Shown here piece after piece: positions 16,405 through 25,921 of a stretch of DNA of 64,000 nucleotides. A program made the position numbers and the translations under genes. Under the pieces are notes generated by a model. It was not told the origin of the DNA and searched no databases. It saw only the letters and a list, made by a program, of their open reading frames with translations. The DNA lies in the NCBI GenBank assembly GCA_945875925.1, contig CAMCME010000001.1:4656-68655 (forward strand). Reading direction: 5' to 3'. Origin of the DNA: Rickettsia typhi (GTDB taxonomy: Bacteria; Pseudomonadota; Alphaproteobacteria; Rickettsiales; UBA1997). Position 1 is the stretch's first letter, and each line of letters begins with the position of its first letter.

Positions 16405-17526
16405 ATGAAAGAAAAAATCTTGGAAATTTTAAAAAAAATTCCTCTCGCAGATTTTGGCGTAACTAACGGAAATTTAATAGAGAATAATGCCATTCAAGGA
16501 ATCATCGAAAAAGGCGGAAATATTGGATTTGCTATTGATATTGGTGCTTTAAAAATTGATCAAATTCAAGGTGAGAAATTAATTAAAATTTGTGAAGAAA
16601 AAATCAAAGAAGAGATTTCTGCAAATAAAATTACCATCATTTTAACCGCCGACAAAAAGATTGATGAAGTTTCTGCGCCAAAGCCTACTCGAGCAGTTAC
16701 TGAAATTTTACCAGTTGTGGGAGTTAAAAAAATTATCGCTGTGGCTTCAGCAAAAGGTGGCGTTGGCAAGTCAACAATCGCTTGTAATTTGGCCTTAGCT
16801 TTAAGAAAAAATGGTTACAAAATTGCTTTGGTAGACGCCGATATTTACGGCCCTTCAATTCCACATTTGATGAATTTTAACGGCAAACCTGAAACCAAAG
16901 ACGGCCTGATGTTACCGATAATTTCTCACAACATAAAATGCATGTCGATTGGTTCGCTAATTGACGAAAATTCTGCTGGCGTGTGGCGCGGGCCCATGAT
17001 TACCAAAATTCTTTATCAATTAATTCGCGGCGTAAATTGGTTGGCCTGTCCAGATCAATCATTAATTTCTAAAATTTTGAATGGAAAATCTAGCAAAGAT
17101 GAAGAGGTAGATTTAATGATCATCGACATGCCACCTGGAACTGGTGATATTTATTTAAGCCTTGCCGAAAAATTTCCACTTGCAGGTGTTATTATTGTTT
17201 CAACGCCGCAAAGCCTTTCTGTGATTGATGTGGTGAAATCGATTGATTGCTTTAAGAAACTAAAAATTCCAATTCTGGGAATAATTCAAAACATGTCTTA
17301 TTTGAAAAATGGCACTGAAAAACAATATCTTTTTGGCAAAGATGGCGCGAAAAATTTGGCTGAAAAAATGGCGATTAAATTTTTAGGCGAAGTACCAATT
17401 ATGCAGGAAATATCTGATTCCACAGAAAATAGATCTTTGATTGCAGCAAATAATCCTGATTCAGAAATTGCGGTGATTTTGGATAAGATTGCGAAGGATA
17501 TAATTGGGATTTTGGAGCCTAAATAA
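16405..17526 (+). CDS. apbC: Fe-S cluster carrier ATPase Mrp/ApbC
   Basis: Deviant Walker A ASAKGGVGKST, WRGPM, DMPPGTGD. Extra ~22 aa lie between them (about 17041-17106). Confidence 0.85.
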   Translation: MKEKILEILKKIPLADFGVTNGNLIENNAIQGIIEKGGNIGFAIDIGALKIDQIQGEKLIKICEEKIKEEISANKITIILTADKKIDEVSAPKPTRAVTEILPVVGVKKIIAVASAKGGVGKSTIACNLALALRKNGYKIALVDADIYGPSIPHLMNFNGKPETKDGLMLPIISHNIKCMSIGSLIDENSAGVWRGPMITKILYQLIRGVNWLACPDQSLISKILNGKSSKDEEVDLMIIDMPPGTGDIYLSLAEKFPLAGVIIVSTPQSLSVIDVVKSIDCFKKLKIPILGIIQNMSYLKNGTEKQYLFGKDGAKNLAEKMAIKFLGEVPIMQEISDSTENRSLIAANNPDSEIAVILDKIAKDIIGILEPK

Positions 17527-17528
17527 AA

Positions 17529-18428
17529 ATGTCTTGGATCCTATACACAATCACCGCCACCATTCTCCAGAATTTCAGAAATTTAGAGCAGAAAAACCTC
17601 AATAAAAAACTCGACGCCTTAACTGTTTCTTGGTCGCGCTTTATCTTGCCTTTGCCATTCGCGATTCTTACTGCCATCTACACATTTTCTATCCTAACTA
17701 ATCAATTTATCCTTTACTGCATTATCACCGCTATTTTTCAAGTTGGTGGAAATCTTTTCTTACTTAGAACCATCAAATCAAAAAATTTTAGCATTGGCGT
17801 TGCCTTCTCCAAAACTGAAACTTTACAGGCAATGATTGTAGGATTTTTGTTTTTTGGCGAAACCGTTTCTTCAGTCGGATGTTCAGCAATTCTAGTTGCG
17901 ACTATTGGTGTAATTTTAATGTCAGGACTTTCTTTTAACGGCGGATTTAAAAAATTTACTAAATCTCTAAATAATAAATCCACGCTTTTTGGAATTTTAT
18001 GCGGCTCATGTTTTTCGGTTTCGGCCTTTAATTTAAAATTCGCCTCAGAAACTTTATTACCTTTGGGATATTCTAATCTCAAAGCTTCAATGGTTGTTTT
18101 GCTTTGGGTAATTTGCTTTCAAAATTTACTTTTTATTGTAGTAAAACTTTACCAAAAACGCTTGCGCCAAGACTTGAGTAGTTTGATTTTACTAGAAAAT
18201 AAAACTGCCTTTTTCAAAACCTCAATTCTTAGTTTTCTAGGATCAGTTTTTTGGTTCACTGCTTACAGTTTAGGAAAGGTGGTTTATGTTAAGGCTGTAG
18301 GGCAAATTGAATTAATTTTAGCCATTGCCAGTTCGCATTTTATTTTAAAAGAAAGGCTGAATAGACTAGAAATTATTGGAATTATTCTGACATTTTCAGG
18401 AATATTAACGCTGATTCTTTTTCATTAA
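17529..18428 (+). CDS. EamA/DMT-family transporter
   Basis: 299 aa with about 10 hydrophobic helices in a two-half repeat organisation. Confidence 0.55.
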   Translation: MSWILYTITATILQNFRNLEQKNLNKKLDALTVSWSRFILPLPFAILTAIYTFSILTNQFILYCIITAIFQVGGNLFLLRTIKSKNFSIGVAFSKTETLQAMIVGFLFFGETVSSVGCSAILVATIGVILMSGLSFNGGFKKFTKSLNNKSTLFGILCGSCFSVSAFNLKFASETLLPLGYSNLKASMVVLLWVICFQNLLFIVVKLYQKRLRQDLSSLILLENKTAFFKTSILSFLGSVFWFTAYSLGKVVYVKAVGQIELILAIASSHFILKERLNRLEIIGIILTFSGILTLILFH

Positions 18429-18474
18429 TTTAGACACTGTTATCTAAAAGTGTCTAACAATTTAAAAACAAAAT

Positions 18475-18882
18475 ATGTCCATCACAATCACAACAAAATA
18501 TCTCGGCGAATTAAGAACTGAGTCAGTTCACATCAAATCTGGAAATAAAATTATTACCGATGCGCCTTTGGATAATAAAGGAAAAGGTGAAGCATTTTCA
18601 CCAACCGATTTACTGGCCGCCTCCCTTGGCACTTGTATGATCACGATTATGGGAATTCAGGCCAATCAACATGGCTTAAAAATTGAAGGCCTTGATTGTA
18701 AGGTTACTAAAGTGATGGCGATTAATCCAAGAAGAGTTTCAGAAATCATAATCGAATTTAATTTTCCGAAAAATGATTTTAGCGAAGAGCAAAAACAAAT
18801 TTTAAAAGATGCAGCTTTTTCTTGCCCCGTGGCTTTTAGCCTTCATCCAGATTTAAAAAAAACTGTGACTTTTAATTTCTAA
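18475..18882 (+). CDS. OsmC/Ohr-family protein
   Basis: 135 aa. Motifs [15 protein letters not shown] and AFSCPV provide the two conserved Cys. Confidence 0.7.
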   Translation: MSITITTKYLGELRTESVHIKSGNKIITDAPLDNKGKGEAFSPTDLLAASLGTCMITIMGIQANQHGLKIEGLDCKVTKVMAINPRRVSEIIIEFNFPKNDFSEEQKQILKDAAFSCPVAFSLHPDLKKTVTFNF

Positions 18883-18897
18883 ATAGATCGAAGTTTA

Positions 18898-18930
18898 GAA
18901 GAGATCCTGAAACAAGTTCAGGATCTCTTC
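18898..18930. repeat. Hairpin with GATCCTGAAACAAGTTCAGGATC core
   Basis: GAAGAGATCCTGAA-ACAAG-TTCAGGATCTCTTC, a 14-bp stem. The same core occurs inside mtaB at about 42115-42140, and a variant at about 31268-31290. Confidence 0.75.
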
Positions 18931-19022
18931 CAACAAAAAAACTCACAGAAAATTTATTGCTATTTTACAGCAAATTCTTACGCTGCCGCACCTTCTTCTT
19001 ACTTAAAGAAAACACATTTAAA

Positions 19023-20231
19023 ATGACTTACAACCAACCAGATTCTAATGGAAAATTCGGCCAATTTGGCGGACAATTTGTTGCCGAAACCTTGATGCCA
19101 GCAGTTCTAGAACTTGAGGCAGCTTACGAAAAAATTAAAAAAGACCCAGAATTTCAAAAAGAATTAGACTATTATTTGAAATATTATGTGGGTCGTCCAA
19201 GCCCTCTATATTCGGCTGAAAGACTTACTGAAACGATTCGCTCTGGCGACAAAGGTGCTAAAATTTATCTAAAAAGAGACGAGCTAAATCACACAGGATC
19301 TCACAAAATAAATAACTGTTTGGGCCAAATTTTGCTTGCCAAAAAAATGGGCAAAAAGCGCATCATTGCTGAAACTGGCGCTGGTCAACATGGTGTGGCA
19401 ACTGCCACAGTTTGTGCACTTTTTTCAATTCCTTGCACCATTTACATGGGCGCTAAAGATGTAGAAAGACAAGCCCCGAATGTCTTTCGTATGAAGCTTT
19501 TAGGAGCAGAAGTAATACCAGTTGAATCAGGTTCAAAAAGTTTAAAAAATGCCATTAACGAAGCAATGCGCGACTGGATTTCAAACGCCCGCGACACTTA
19601 TTATTTGCTTGGCACAGTTACTGGTCCACATCCTTATCCTGCAATGGTTCGCGACTTCCACTCAATCATTGGAAAAGAAGCAAAAGAACAACATTTTCAA
19701 GCTGAAGGTAGATTGCCAGACGCTTTGGTTGCCTGCATCGGTGGCGGCTCAAATTCCATCGGATTATTTCATCCATTCATTGACGACACTTCAGTAAAAA
19801 TCTACGGCGTAGAAGCTGCTGGAAGAGGAATAAGTAGTGGCGAACATTCTGCGTCAATTGCAGGCGGCAGTGTGGCAGTTCTTCATGGCAATAAAACTTA
19901 TTTCTTACAAGATTCTGACGGACAAATTCAAGATGCTCACTCAATTTCTGCTGGGCTTGATTATCCAGGAATTGGCCCAGAACATGCTTATTTACACAGC
20001 ATTGGTAGAGTTAATTACGAAAGCGCAACTGATGATGAAGCTCTAGAATCATTCCAACTTTTATGCAGAACTGAGGGAATTATTCCAGCACTAGAATCTT
20101 CTCACTCAATTTCTTACGCTTGTAAATTGGCAGCTAAAATGGATAGAGATCAGACAATGATTGTGAATTTATCAGGACGGGGAGATAAGGATATTTTTAC
20201 AGTGGCGAAGGCGCTGGGTGTGAATCTTTAA
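19023..20231 (+). CDS. trpB: Tryptophan synthase beta chain
   Basis: [24 protein letters not shown] (PLP lysine), GGGSN. ATG at 19023 fits better than ORF track start 18957. Confidence 0.95.
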   Translation: MTYNQPDSNGKFGQFGGQFVAETLMPAVLELEAAYEKIKKDPEFQKELDYYLKYYVGRPSPLYSAERLTETIRSGDKGAKIYLKRDELNHTGSHKINNCLGQILLAKKMGKKRIIAETGAGQHGVATATVCALFSIPCTIYMGAKDVERQAPNVFRMKLLGAEVIPVESGSKSLKNAINEAMRDWISNARDTYYLLGTVTGPHPYPAMVRDFHSIIGKEAKEQHFQAEGRLPDALVACIGGGSNSIGLFHPFIDDTSVKIYGVEAAGRGISSGEHSASIAGGSVAVLHGNKTYFLQDSDGQIQDAHSISAGLDYPGIGPEHAYLHSIGRVNYESATDDEALESFQLLCRTEGIIPALESSHSISYACKLAAKMDRDQTMIVNLSGRGDKDIFTVAKALGVNL

Positions 20232-20246
20232 AAAGCCCAAACCGCT

Positions 20247-20356
20247 GGCCCGCGCGTAGTCGAAACCAATGGAAGGTTCTTGCCGTGATTTAAAAAAGTC
20301 TTTGTTTCAAAATTTCTGTAAGTAACCTTCCGTTGGTTTCGACTCCGCGCGGGCCG
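20247..20356. repeat. Large GC-ended hairpin (family E), probable bidirectional terminator
   Basis: 32-nt arms GGCCCGCGCGTAGTCGAAACCAATGGAAGGTT / AACCTTCCGTTGGTTTCGACTCCGCGCGGGCC with 2 mismatches and a 46-nt loop, followed by a T-run. Lies between convergent trpB and the RDD gene. Confidence 0.75.
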
Positions 20357-20386
20357 AAGGTTTTTTTCTTTTTGCAACTCAAAAAA

Positions 20387-21082
20387 CTAAAACTCCTCAC
20401 CCTCTTCCACCTTACTCCAAGGAAACTTCGCAGCAGTTCTGCCTTTTTTAAAAGTAGTATTACAAATCAAATCATAAGCCGTAACTTTTCTCTTAGTGAT
20501 CAAATGAATTTGCACCCAACCAATAAATAAAATTCCAAAAAACACATTCGCAGGGCTGGCTGTTATTGTATCAAAGAAATTTGTCTTGTGAGCATTTTGA
20601 TAAATCACGATGTAGAAGATATAAAGAAAAGGCAGGGTTGATAAAAAATAATGCTCCAAAGCTAAACCAAAACTTGGTCTAGAATTTCCCGAATTTTTCA
20701 CAATCACCATATTAGATAATCTCTTGCCAATTGTGGCTTGCCAAGCTGATGAATTAAGCAAAGAGTAATAAAGCGCGCCCACAAAAATCACAATCGCATA
20801 GCAAATTAAAACTGCGTAGAAAAATTTGTGATGGATCACAAAATCAATATGTTCAGGCGTACTTTTTACAGTTTCTGTGCCGAATTTATCATGAAATTCT
20901 GTCAAAAAATCTTGAATAATTTGATTCATAAATAGCGACCCCAAAAGCTGCGCCACCAAAGATCTAAGCACCAACACAATCACCATATCCATCATCGAAG
21001 CACTACTTCTTTTGAACGAACCCGGAAAAGGAGATTCTTCGGCAGTTTTTCTAGCAAAAATTTTATTAATGTTCATAGCCAT
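20387..21082 (-). CDS. RDD-family membrane protein
   Basis: TM helices and the pattern ATIGKRLSNMVIVKNSG typical of RDD domains. Confidence 0.5.
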   Translation of the reverse strand: MAMNINKIFARKTAEESPFPGSFKRSSASMMDMVIVLVLRSLVAQLLGSLFMNQIIQDFLTEFHDKFGTETVKSTPEHIDFVIHHKFFYAVLICYAIVIFVGALYYSLLNSSAWQATIGKRLSNMVIVKNSGNSRPSFGLALEHYFLSTLPFLYIFYIVIYQNAHKTNFFDTITASPANVFFGILFIGWVQIHLITKRKVTAYDLICNTTFKKGRTAAKFPWSKVEEGEEF

Positions 21083-22064
21083 ATTTTTTGATTTTTATTT
21101 TCTTATTTTTCTCGTCAAACAAAGATATTTCAAATTTTTTATTAGCCGAATTTTTTAATTCTCCAATGCAAGTTAAGTCTAATTTAAGCTCACGGCCCAA
21201 GGCTTCAACCTCTTTAGCTTTTTTCTTTTCTACTGTAAATATCAGCTCATAATCATCTCCCGCACTGCTTAAATCAAGCACAGAAATTTTAGAATTTTTC
21301 TGAAGAATTTTTCTAGCTTCAACCGAAAGTGGAATTTTATTTTGATAAATTTCTGCCGATAATTTTGAAGATTCACAAATATGTTTAAGATCGGCAAATA
21401 GGCCGTCCGAAACATCAATCGCACATTTAGAAATATTTTTTGTCAGCAATCTTTGTCCTAAATTAATTCTAGGAGTTGGAAAAAAATGACGATCTAAAAA
21501 ATATTTTAAAGATTTTTTATCCGCAATTTCCACTTTATTATTCAAAGCCTGAAGCCCTAAATAAGCGTCTCCAATTGAGCCAGAAACAAAAATTAAATCT
21601 CCATCTTTAGCATTTCCTCTAGCCAAATTTTTACTTTTTTTTGCCACACCAAAAATTGTAATTGAGAAGAAAAGTTGTTTGGCACTAACCGTGTCTCCGC
21701 CAATTAAAGAAAGGCCAAATTCATCTTGCACGCTTTTTAGGCCTGCCGCAAATTCACTAATAAATTTTTCTGAAATTTTAGAATTTTTAGAAAACCCTAA
21801 AAGATAATGAAGGGGAGTAGCGCCAGCAGAGGCAAGGTCTGAGAGATTTGAACGAAGTAATTTTGAAGCAATTGTAAATCCACCATCTGACATTAAAAAA
21901 TGTACGCCTTGCACCATCAAATCTTTGCTGATGATCAGCTGTTCATCTTTTTTCAAAGAAATTTTCGCTACATCATCAGACAGATTTTGCGCCGCTTCAC
22001 AAGAGTTGGTAAGCGGCTGAAAAAATTTTTCTATTAAGTTAAATTCTTCTAATTTCTTAGACAT
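21066..22064 (-). CDS. thiL: Thiamine-monophosphate kinase
   Basis: EFNLIEKFF, AIR-synthase-like fold motifs DLMVQGVHF, GGDT, GDDYELIFT. Confidence 0.8.
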   Translation of the reverse strand: MSKKLEEFNLIEKFFQPLTNSCEAAQNLSDDVAKISLKKDEQLIISKDLMVQGVHFLMSDGGFTIASKLLRSNLSDLASAGATPLHYLLGFSKNSKISEKFISEFAAGLKSVQDEFGLSLIGGDTVSAKQLFFSITIFGVAKKSKNLARGNAKDGDLIFVSGSIGDAYLGLQALNNKVEIADKKSLKYFLDRHFFPTPRINLGQRLLTKNISKCAIDVSDGLFADLKHICESSKLSAEIYQNKIPLSVEARKILQKNSKISVLDLSSAGDDYELIFTVEKKKAKEVEALGRELKLDLTCIGELKNSANKKFEISLFDEKNKKIKIKKYGYEH

Positions 22065-22564
22065 TTGCTGATTAAAATTTTTACCACCTTATCCAAAGAG
22101 AATATTCCCGCGCCATAAACAAAGACAGTGGCAAGCATAATCATCCAGTAAAAATGTTCAGGATTTTGCAAAATGAATAATTGAATTATTGTTGTCATGC
22201 CCAAAAGCACTAAAGCCATTGGTCTTGTAGCAAGCCCCAAAATTAAAAGCGTTGAACATCCAAGTTCACAAATAATTGTAAAATAAGCTGCAAAAACTGG
22301 TGGCAAAAGCGGCACATTATATAAATTTTCAAAGAGATAAATTGTAGCGTCAATGCTAGAAATTTTCACCAAACCACTTTTAAAAAACACCATTGCAACC
22401 ATAATTCTCAAGGTAAAAAGCAAAAATGGAGAAACATATTTTTCCAGAAATTTGGCTTTTTTTTCACAGAATTTTTCTAAACATAAAATTATTTTTGCCG
22501 ATTTTTCACATTTCATTTTTGACCTTACTTTATTTAGTAATTTTGAAATCCACAAAGACTCCAC
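22049..22564 (-). CDS. DoxX-family membrane protein (4th gene of the MNIO operon)
   Basis: LRIMVAMVFFKSGLVKI and four TM helices. The start may be the internal Met at 22516. Confidence 0.6.
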   Translation of the reverse strand: MESLWISKLLNKVRSKMKCEKSAKIILCLEKFCEKKAKFLEKYVSPFLLFTLRIMVAMVFFKSGLVKISSIDATIYLFENLYNVPLLPPVFAAYFTIICELGCSTLLILGLATRPMALVLLGMTTIIQLFILQNPEHFYWMIMLATVFVYGAGIFSLDKVVKILISKCLRN

Positions 22565-23342
22565 TAGAGATAAATCGATTCAGAAAATTCCCAATATCGA
22601 TTTCTTTCTTAGCAACCTCCTTTTTAGTCTTTCGACAAATTTTCTGATAAGTTTCATATAATTTTTTACCATCACCAATAAGCGACAAAAATATAAATTC
22701 TTCCTCTGTTAATTTAGTAATCATTGATTTCCCACCAACGCGCTCAATCAGAATCATTTCAGCATTATCAGCAATTTTTATTCTCTTCTTTTTATCCTCA
22801 ATATTATTTTTCCAAATTGTAAAAACTGGAAATTTTGAAGAAAATAAAAGGCTCGTTGGGTGAAGTTTAAATGATAGATCTTTATATTTTTCTGGGGCAA
22901 TTTTTTTAAATTTTTCCACATCAAAAAGCGCTTTAGCATCTTTTTCAAAATAGCTTTGGTGATAGAGCCATTCTAGCTTGGCAACATCTTCTAAATAAAG
23001 TAACTTATGTTCTTTTAATTTTTTCTTAATGAAGGCGGGAAAATATTGTCCGTAAAAATCGAGATTTCCACTTTGCGATGGATGCTTTACAGCGTAGGTT
23101 TCAACTAATTTTTCAAAATATTTTTCACCAACAATTTTTTTTACCACTTCAAAAGTTGATGCTAAAACTCCTTCAAAATTTCCAATAACATTATTGCGGT
23201 AAATGTTTAAACGAGCTAGAGCCTCTTGTTTTGAATAAGGTAATTCATCAATAATTTTCTGATCATCTTTATCAAAAATATGCGAAGCAAAATCTTGCTG
23301 CAATTTCACTAATTCAGATTTTATATTTTTACTTTTGGGCAT
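22530..23342 (-). CDS. DUF2063-family protein (MNIO partner, MbnC/BufC-like position)
   Basis: The N-terminal pattern LQQDFASHIF...RLNIYRNNVIGNFEGVLASTF..VKKIVGEKYFEKL matches my recollection of DUF2063. Overlaps the DUF692 gene by 14 nt. Confidence 0.7.
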   Translation of the reverse strand: MPKSKNIKSELVKLQQDFASHIFDKDDQKIIDELPYSKQEALARLNIYRNNVIGNFEGVLASTFEVVKKIVGEKYFEKLVETYAVKHPSQSGNLDFYGQYFPAFIKKKLKEHKLLYLEDVAKLEWLYHQSYFEKDAKALFDVEKFKKIAPEKYKDLSFKLHPTSLLFSSKFPVFTIWKNNIEDKKKRIKIADNAEMILIERVGGKSMITKLTEEEFIFLSLIGDGKKLYETYQKICRKTKKEVAKKEIDIGNFLNRFISSGVFVDFKITK

Positions 23343-24207
23343 TTTTTAAGATTTTTTTAGCTTTTTCGGCTTCACTTAAAAGCACTTCTAAATGAGGAAT
23401 ATCTTGATCCCATTCAATCAAAGTTGGAATTTTTCCGAATTTTTTTATCGCCATTTTATAAATCTGCCAAACCTCACTGCACACCAAGTCATTATGGGTG
23501 TCGATCAAAATTTGCTTATCTTTTTTTCCATCAAAAATTTTTGATTTTGAATGCCCTGCCAAATGAATTTCGGCAACCGATTTTTTATCAATTTTTTCTA
23601 AATATTCTTTCGGATTAAATTCTGCATTATTTTGCGAACTAACAAAAATATTATTCACATCTAACAACAACTCACATCCTGTCTTTCTGGTCACCTGATT
23701 AATAAAATCAGCTTCATCCATTTCAGGGTTTTTAAAACTTAAATAAGTGGATGGATTTTCAATCAAAATTTTTCTGCCCAAATAATCTTGCATCAGCGAA
23801 ATATTATTAGAAATCGCTTCTACTACTTCTTTTGTGTAAGGCAGTGGCAATAAGTCATTTAAATTTTGATCAGCAGTTGCGCCCCAAGAAATATGATCCG
23901 AAACCAAAAATGGATCGATCATTTCAATAAGTTTTTTTAGGGGTTTTAAATGATTTAAATCAATTTTTTGAGCCGAGCCCAAAGAATTTCCAACGCAGTG
24001 AAAACTGACGGGATAATTTTTTCTAATTTCTGTAAGATATTTAATTGCCGGACCACCTTTCGCGTAATAATTTTCGCTGTGAATTTCTAACCAACCAATT
24101 TGGGGATTTTCTTCTAAGATGCGGCTAATATGAGGGGATCGAAGCCCGATTCCAACTTTATCAGTTGGAATCGAGATTCTTGATTCAGTGATTTTTTTAC
24201 TCATCAC
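23329..24207 (-). CDS. DUF692/UPF0276 family protein (MNIO, MbnB/BufB-like)
   Basis: VGIGLRSPH, EIHSENYY, SFHCVGNSLGS, LVSDHISW, LLPLPYT, LIENPSTY, LLDVNNIFVS, IHLAGHS, LIDTH, LIEWD. Confidence 0.85.
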   Translation of the reverse strand: MMSKKITESRISIPTDKVGIGLRSPHISRILEENPQIGWLEIHSENYYAKGGPAIKYLTEIRKNYPVSFHCVGNSLGSAQKIDLNHLKPLKKLIEMIDPFLVSDHISWGATADQNLNDLLPLPYTKEVVEAISNNISLMQDYLGRKILIENPSTYLSFKNPEMDEADFINQVTRKTGCELLLDVNNIFVSSQNNAEFNPKEYLEKIDKKSVAEIHLAGHSKSKIFDGKKDKQILIDTHNDLVCSEVWQIYKMAIKKFGKIPTLIEWDQDIPHLEVLLSEAEKAKKILKNAQK

Positions 24208-24218
24208 TTAAGTCAAAA

Positions 24219-24506
24219 CTAGTTAGATTTAACTTCAGATTTAGCTTCAGCGGCTGGTTTAACTTCAGCGGCTTTTTTAGCTTTTTTGTGATGCTTTTTA
24301 GCTTTAGCTTCAGTTTTAACTTCAGCTTTAGCTTCTACTTTAGCAGCAGGAGCTACTTCTTTACCTTTAGCAGCACATTTGTGAGCTTCTTCAGCTTTTT
24401 TGCTAGAACATTTGTGAGATGATTTTCCAGTAAGTTGTGCACAAGAAGCGATAAGGCCTAAACTAACAACGCCAGTAATAACTGATTTGATGAAATTTTT
24501 GTTCAT
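24219..24506 (-). CDS. Small secreted/lipoprotein-like Cys-His-Lys-rich protein (candidate RiPP precursor)
   Basis: MNKNFIKSVITGVVSLGLIASC signal/lipobox, two HKC triplets, and a Lys/Ala/Glu-rich tail. Located 12 nt upstream of the DUF692 gene. ORF track extends to 24590. Confidence 0.5.
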   Translation of the reverse strand: MNKNFIKSVITGVVSLGLIASCAQLTGKSSHKCSSKKAEEAHKCAAKGKEVAPAAKVEAKAEVKTEAKAKKHHKKAKKAAEVKPAAEAKSEVKSN

Positions 24507-24703
24507 AATAAGAAATATTAATTTTTTAAATAACTTGAGAATCGGGTTTGTGGTAATGTCCTGTGGATTAGGATTTTTCAGGCTATTCACCGCTTCAAAT
24601 TTGTCAAATGCTTAAAATTCTTTTTTGACATTAGTAAATTTCTTTGTTCAAATTAGGGCCATATTTTCAAGTTTATTTTAACTTCCAAATCTCCCCCCAA
24701 AAA

Positions 24704-25909
24704 ATGATCAAAGAGCAATTTCTGAACAGCATTAGAGCTGAATTACAAGACCTAAAAAATACAGGTCTTTACAAAAGTGAATATGAAATTGTTACCCCTC
24801 AATCTCCCGACATCGAAATTTTTCATCACGGCTTAAAGAAAAAAGTTATAAATTTTTGCGCTAATAATTATTTGGGTTTGGCCAATAACCAAAGTTTGAT
24901 TGAGGTTGGCAAAAAATCTCTTGAAGAATATGGGCTTGGTACAGCCTCTGTGCGCTTCATTTGCGGCACTTTCGATTTACATAAAAAATTTGAAAGAGAC
25001 TTAGCGGAATTTTTAGGATTTGAAGATGTAATCACTTTTTCATCATGCTTCGCTGCTAATGGCGGTTTGTTTGCCGCACTTTTTGATCAAGATGATGCGA
25101 TCATTTCTGCTGATTTAAATCACGCTAGTTTAATTGACGGAATAAGACTTTCTAAAGCCGCACGCCATTTTTATAAATTTGATGACATGGCAGATTTAGA
25201 AAAAAAATTACAAGATGCCGCAAGTGCAAAAACTCGCGTGATTGTTACTGACGGCGTATTTTCAATGGATGGTGACATTGCAAAACTTAATGAAATTTGC
25301 AATTTAGCTGAAAAATATAATGCATTAGTTTTGGTTGATGACTCTCACGCTACTGGTTTTACTGGTGCTTCGGGCCGCGGCACTTTTGAATTATGCGGCG
25401 TTGAAGGCAGAGTTGATATTTTAACCAGCACACTTGGAAAAGCTTTGGGTGGAAGTGGTGGCGGTTTCATCGCTTCTAAAAAAGAAGTGATTGATAAATT
25501 AAGAAATAAGGCACGCCCTTATCTTTTCTCAAACAACATCTTGCCAATGACTGCAGCTGTTGGAATTGAGATTTTACAAATGTTAAAAGATTCAAAAGGT
25601 CTGATCAAAAAACTTGCTGACAACACTACTTATTTCAGAAGCAAAATGGTGGAAGCAGGCTTTGATATTAGATCTGGCGTTCATCCTGTGGTTCCTGTAA
25701 TGTTTGGCGATGCAATTTTGGCCAGCAAAGTTGCCAAAATGATGATTGAAGAAGAAGGAATTTATGTAATTGCATTTTCTTTCCCAGTGGTACCAAAAAA
25801 CGAAGCGAGAATTCGTGTACAAATTTCTGCGGCACACAGTAAAGAGCATTTAGATAGTGCTATTGCTGCCTTTATCAAGGTTGGACAAAAACTGAAAATA
25901 ATTAAATAA
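24704..25909 (+). CDS. kbl: 2-amino-3-ketobutyrate CoA ligase (glycine C-acetyltransferase)
   Basis: Colinear with E. coli Kbl as I recall it: INFCANNYLGLA, ASVRFICGT, DGVFSMDGDIA, DDSHATGF, TLGKALGG. Confidence 0.85.
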   Translation: MIKEQFLNSIRAELQDLKNTGLYKSEYEIVTPQSPDIEIFHHGLKKKVINFCANNYLGLANNQSLIEVGKKSLEEYGLGTASVRFICGTFDLHKKFERDLAEFLGFEDVITFSSCFAANGGLFAALFDQDDAIISADLNHASLIDGIRLSKAARHFYKFDDMADLEKKLQDAASAKTRVIVTDGVFSMDGDIAKLNEICNLAEKYNALVLVDDSHATGFTGASGRGTFELCGVEGRVDILTSTLGKALGGSGGGFIASKKEVIDKLRNKARPYLFSNNILPMTAAVGIEILQMLKDSKGLIKKLADNTTYFRSKMVEAGFDIRSGVHPVVPVMFGDAILASKVAKMMIEEEGIYVIAFSFPVVPKNEARIRVQISAAHSKEHLDSAIAAFIKVGQKLKIIK

Positions 25910-25921
25910 TTCGTAAGAAAC

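Noticed and set aside
20333-20530. 65-aa ORF starting in the trpB-RDD intergenic hairpin.
   Set aside because: It begins inside the family E hairpin and runs antisense into the RDD gene, with no motifs. It is an artefact.
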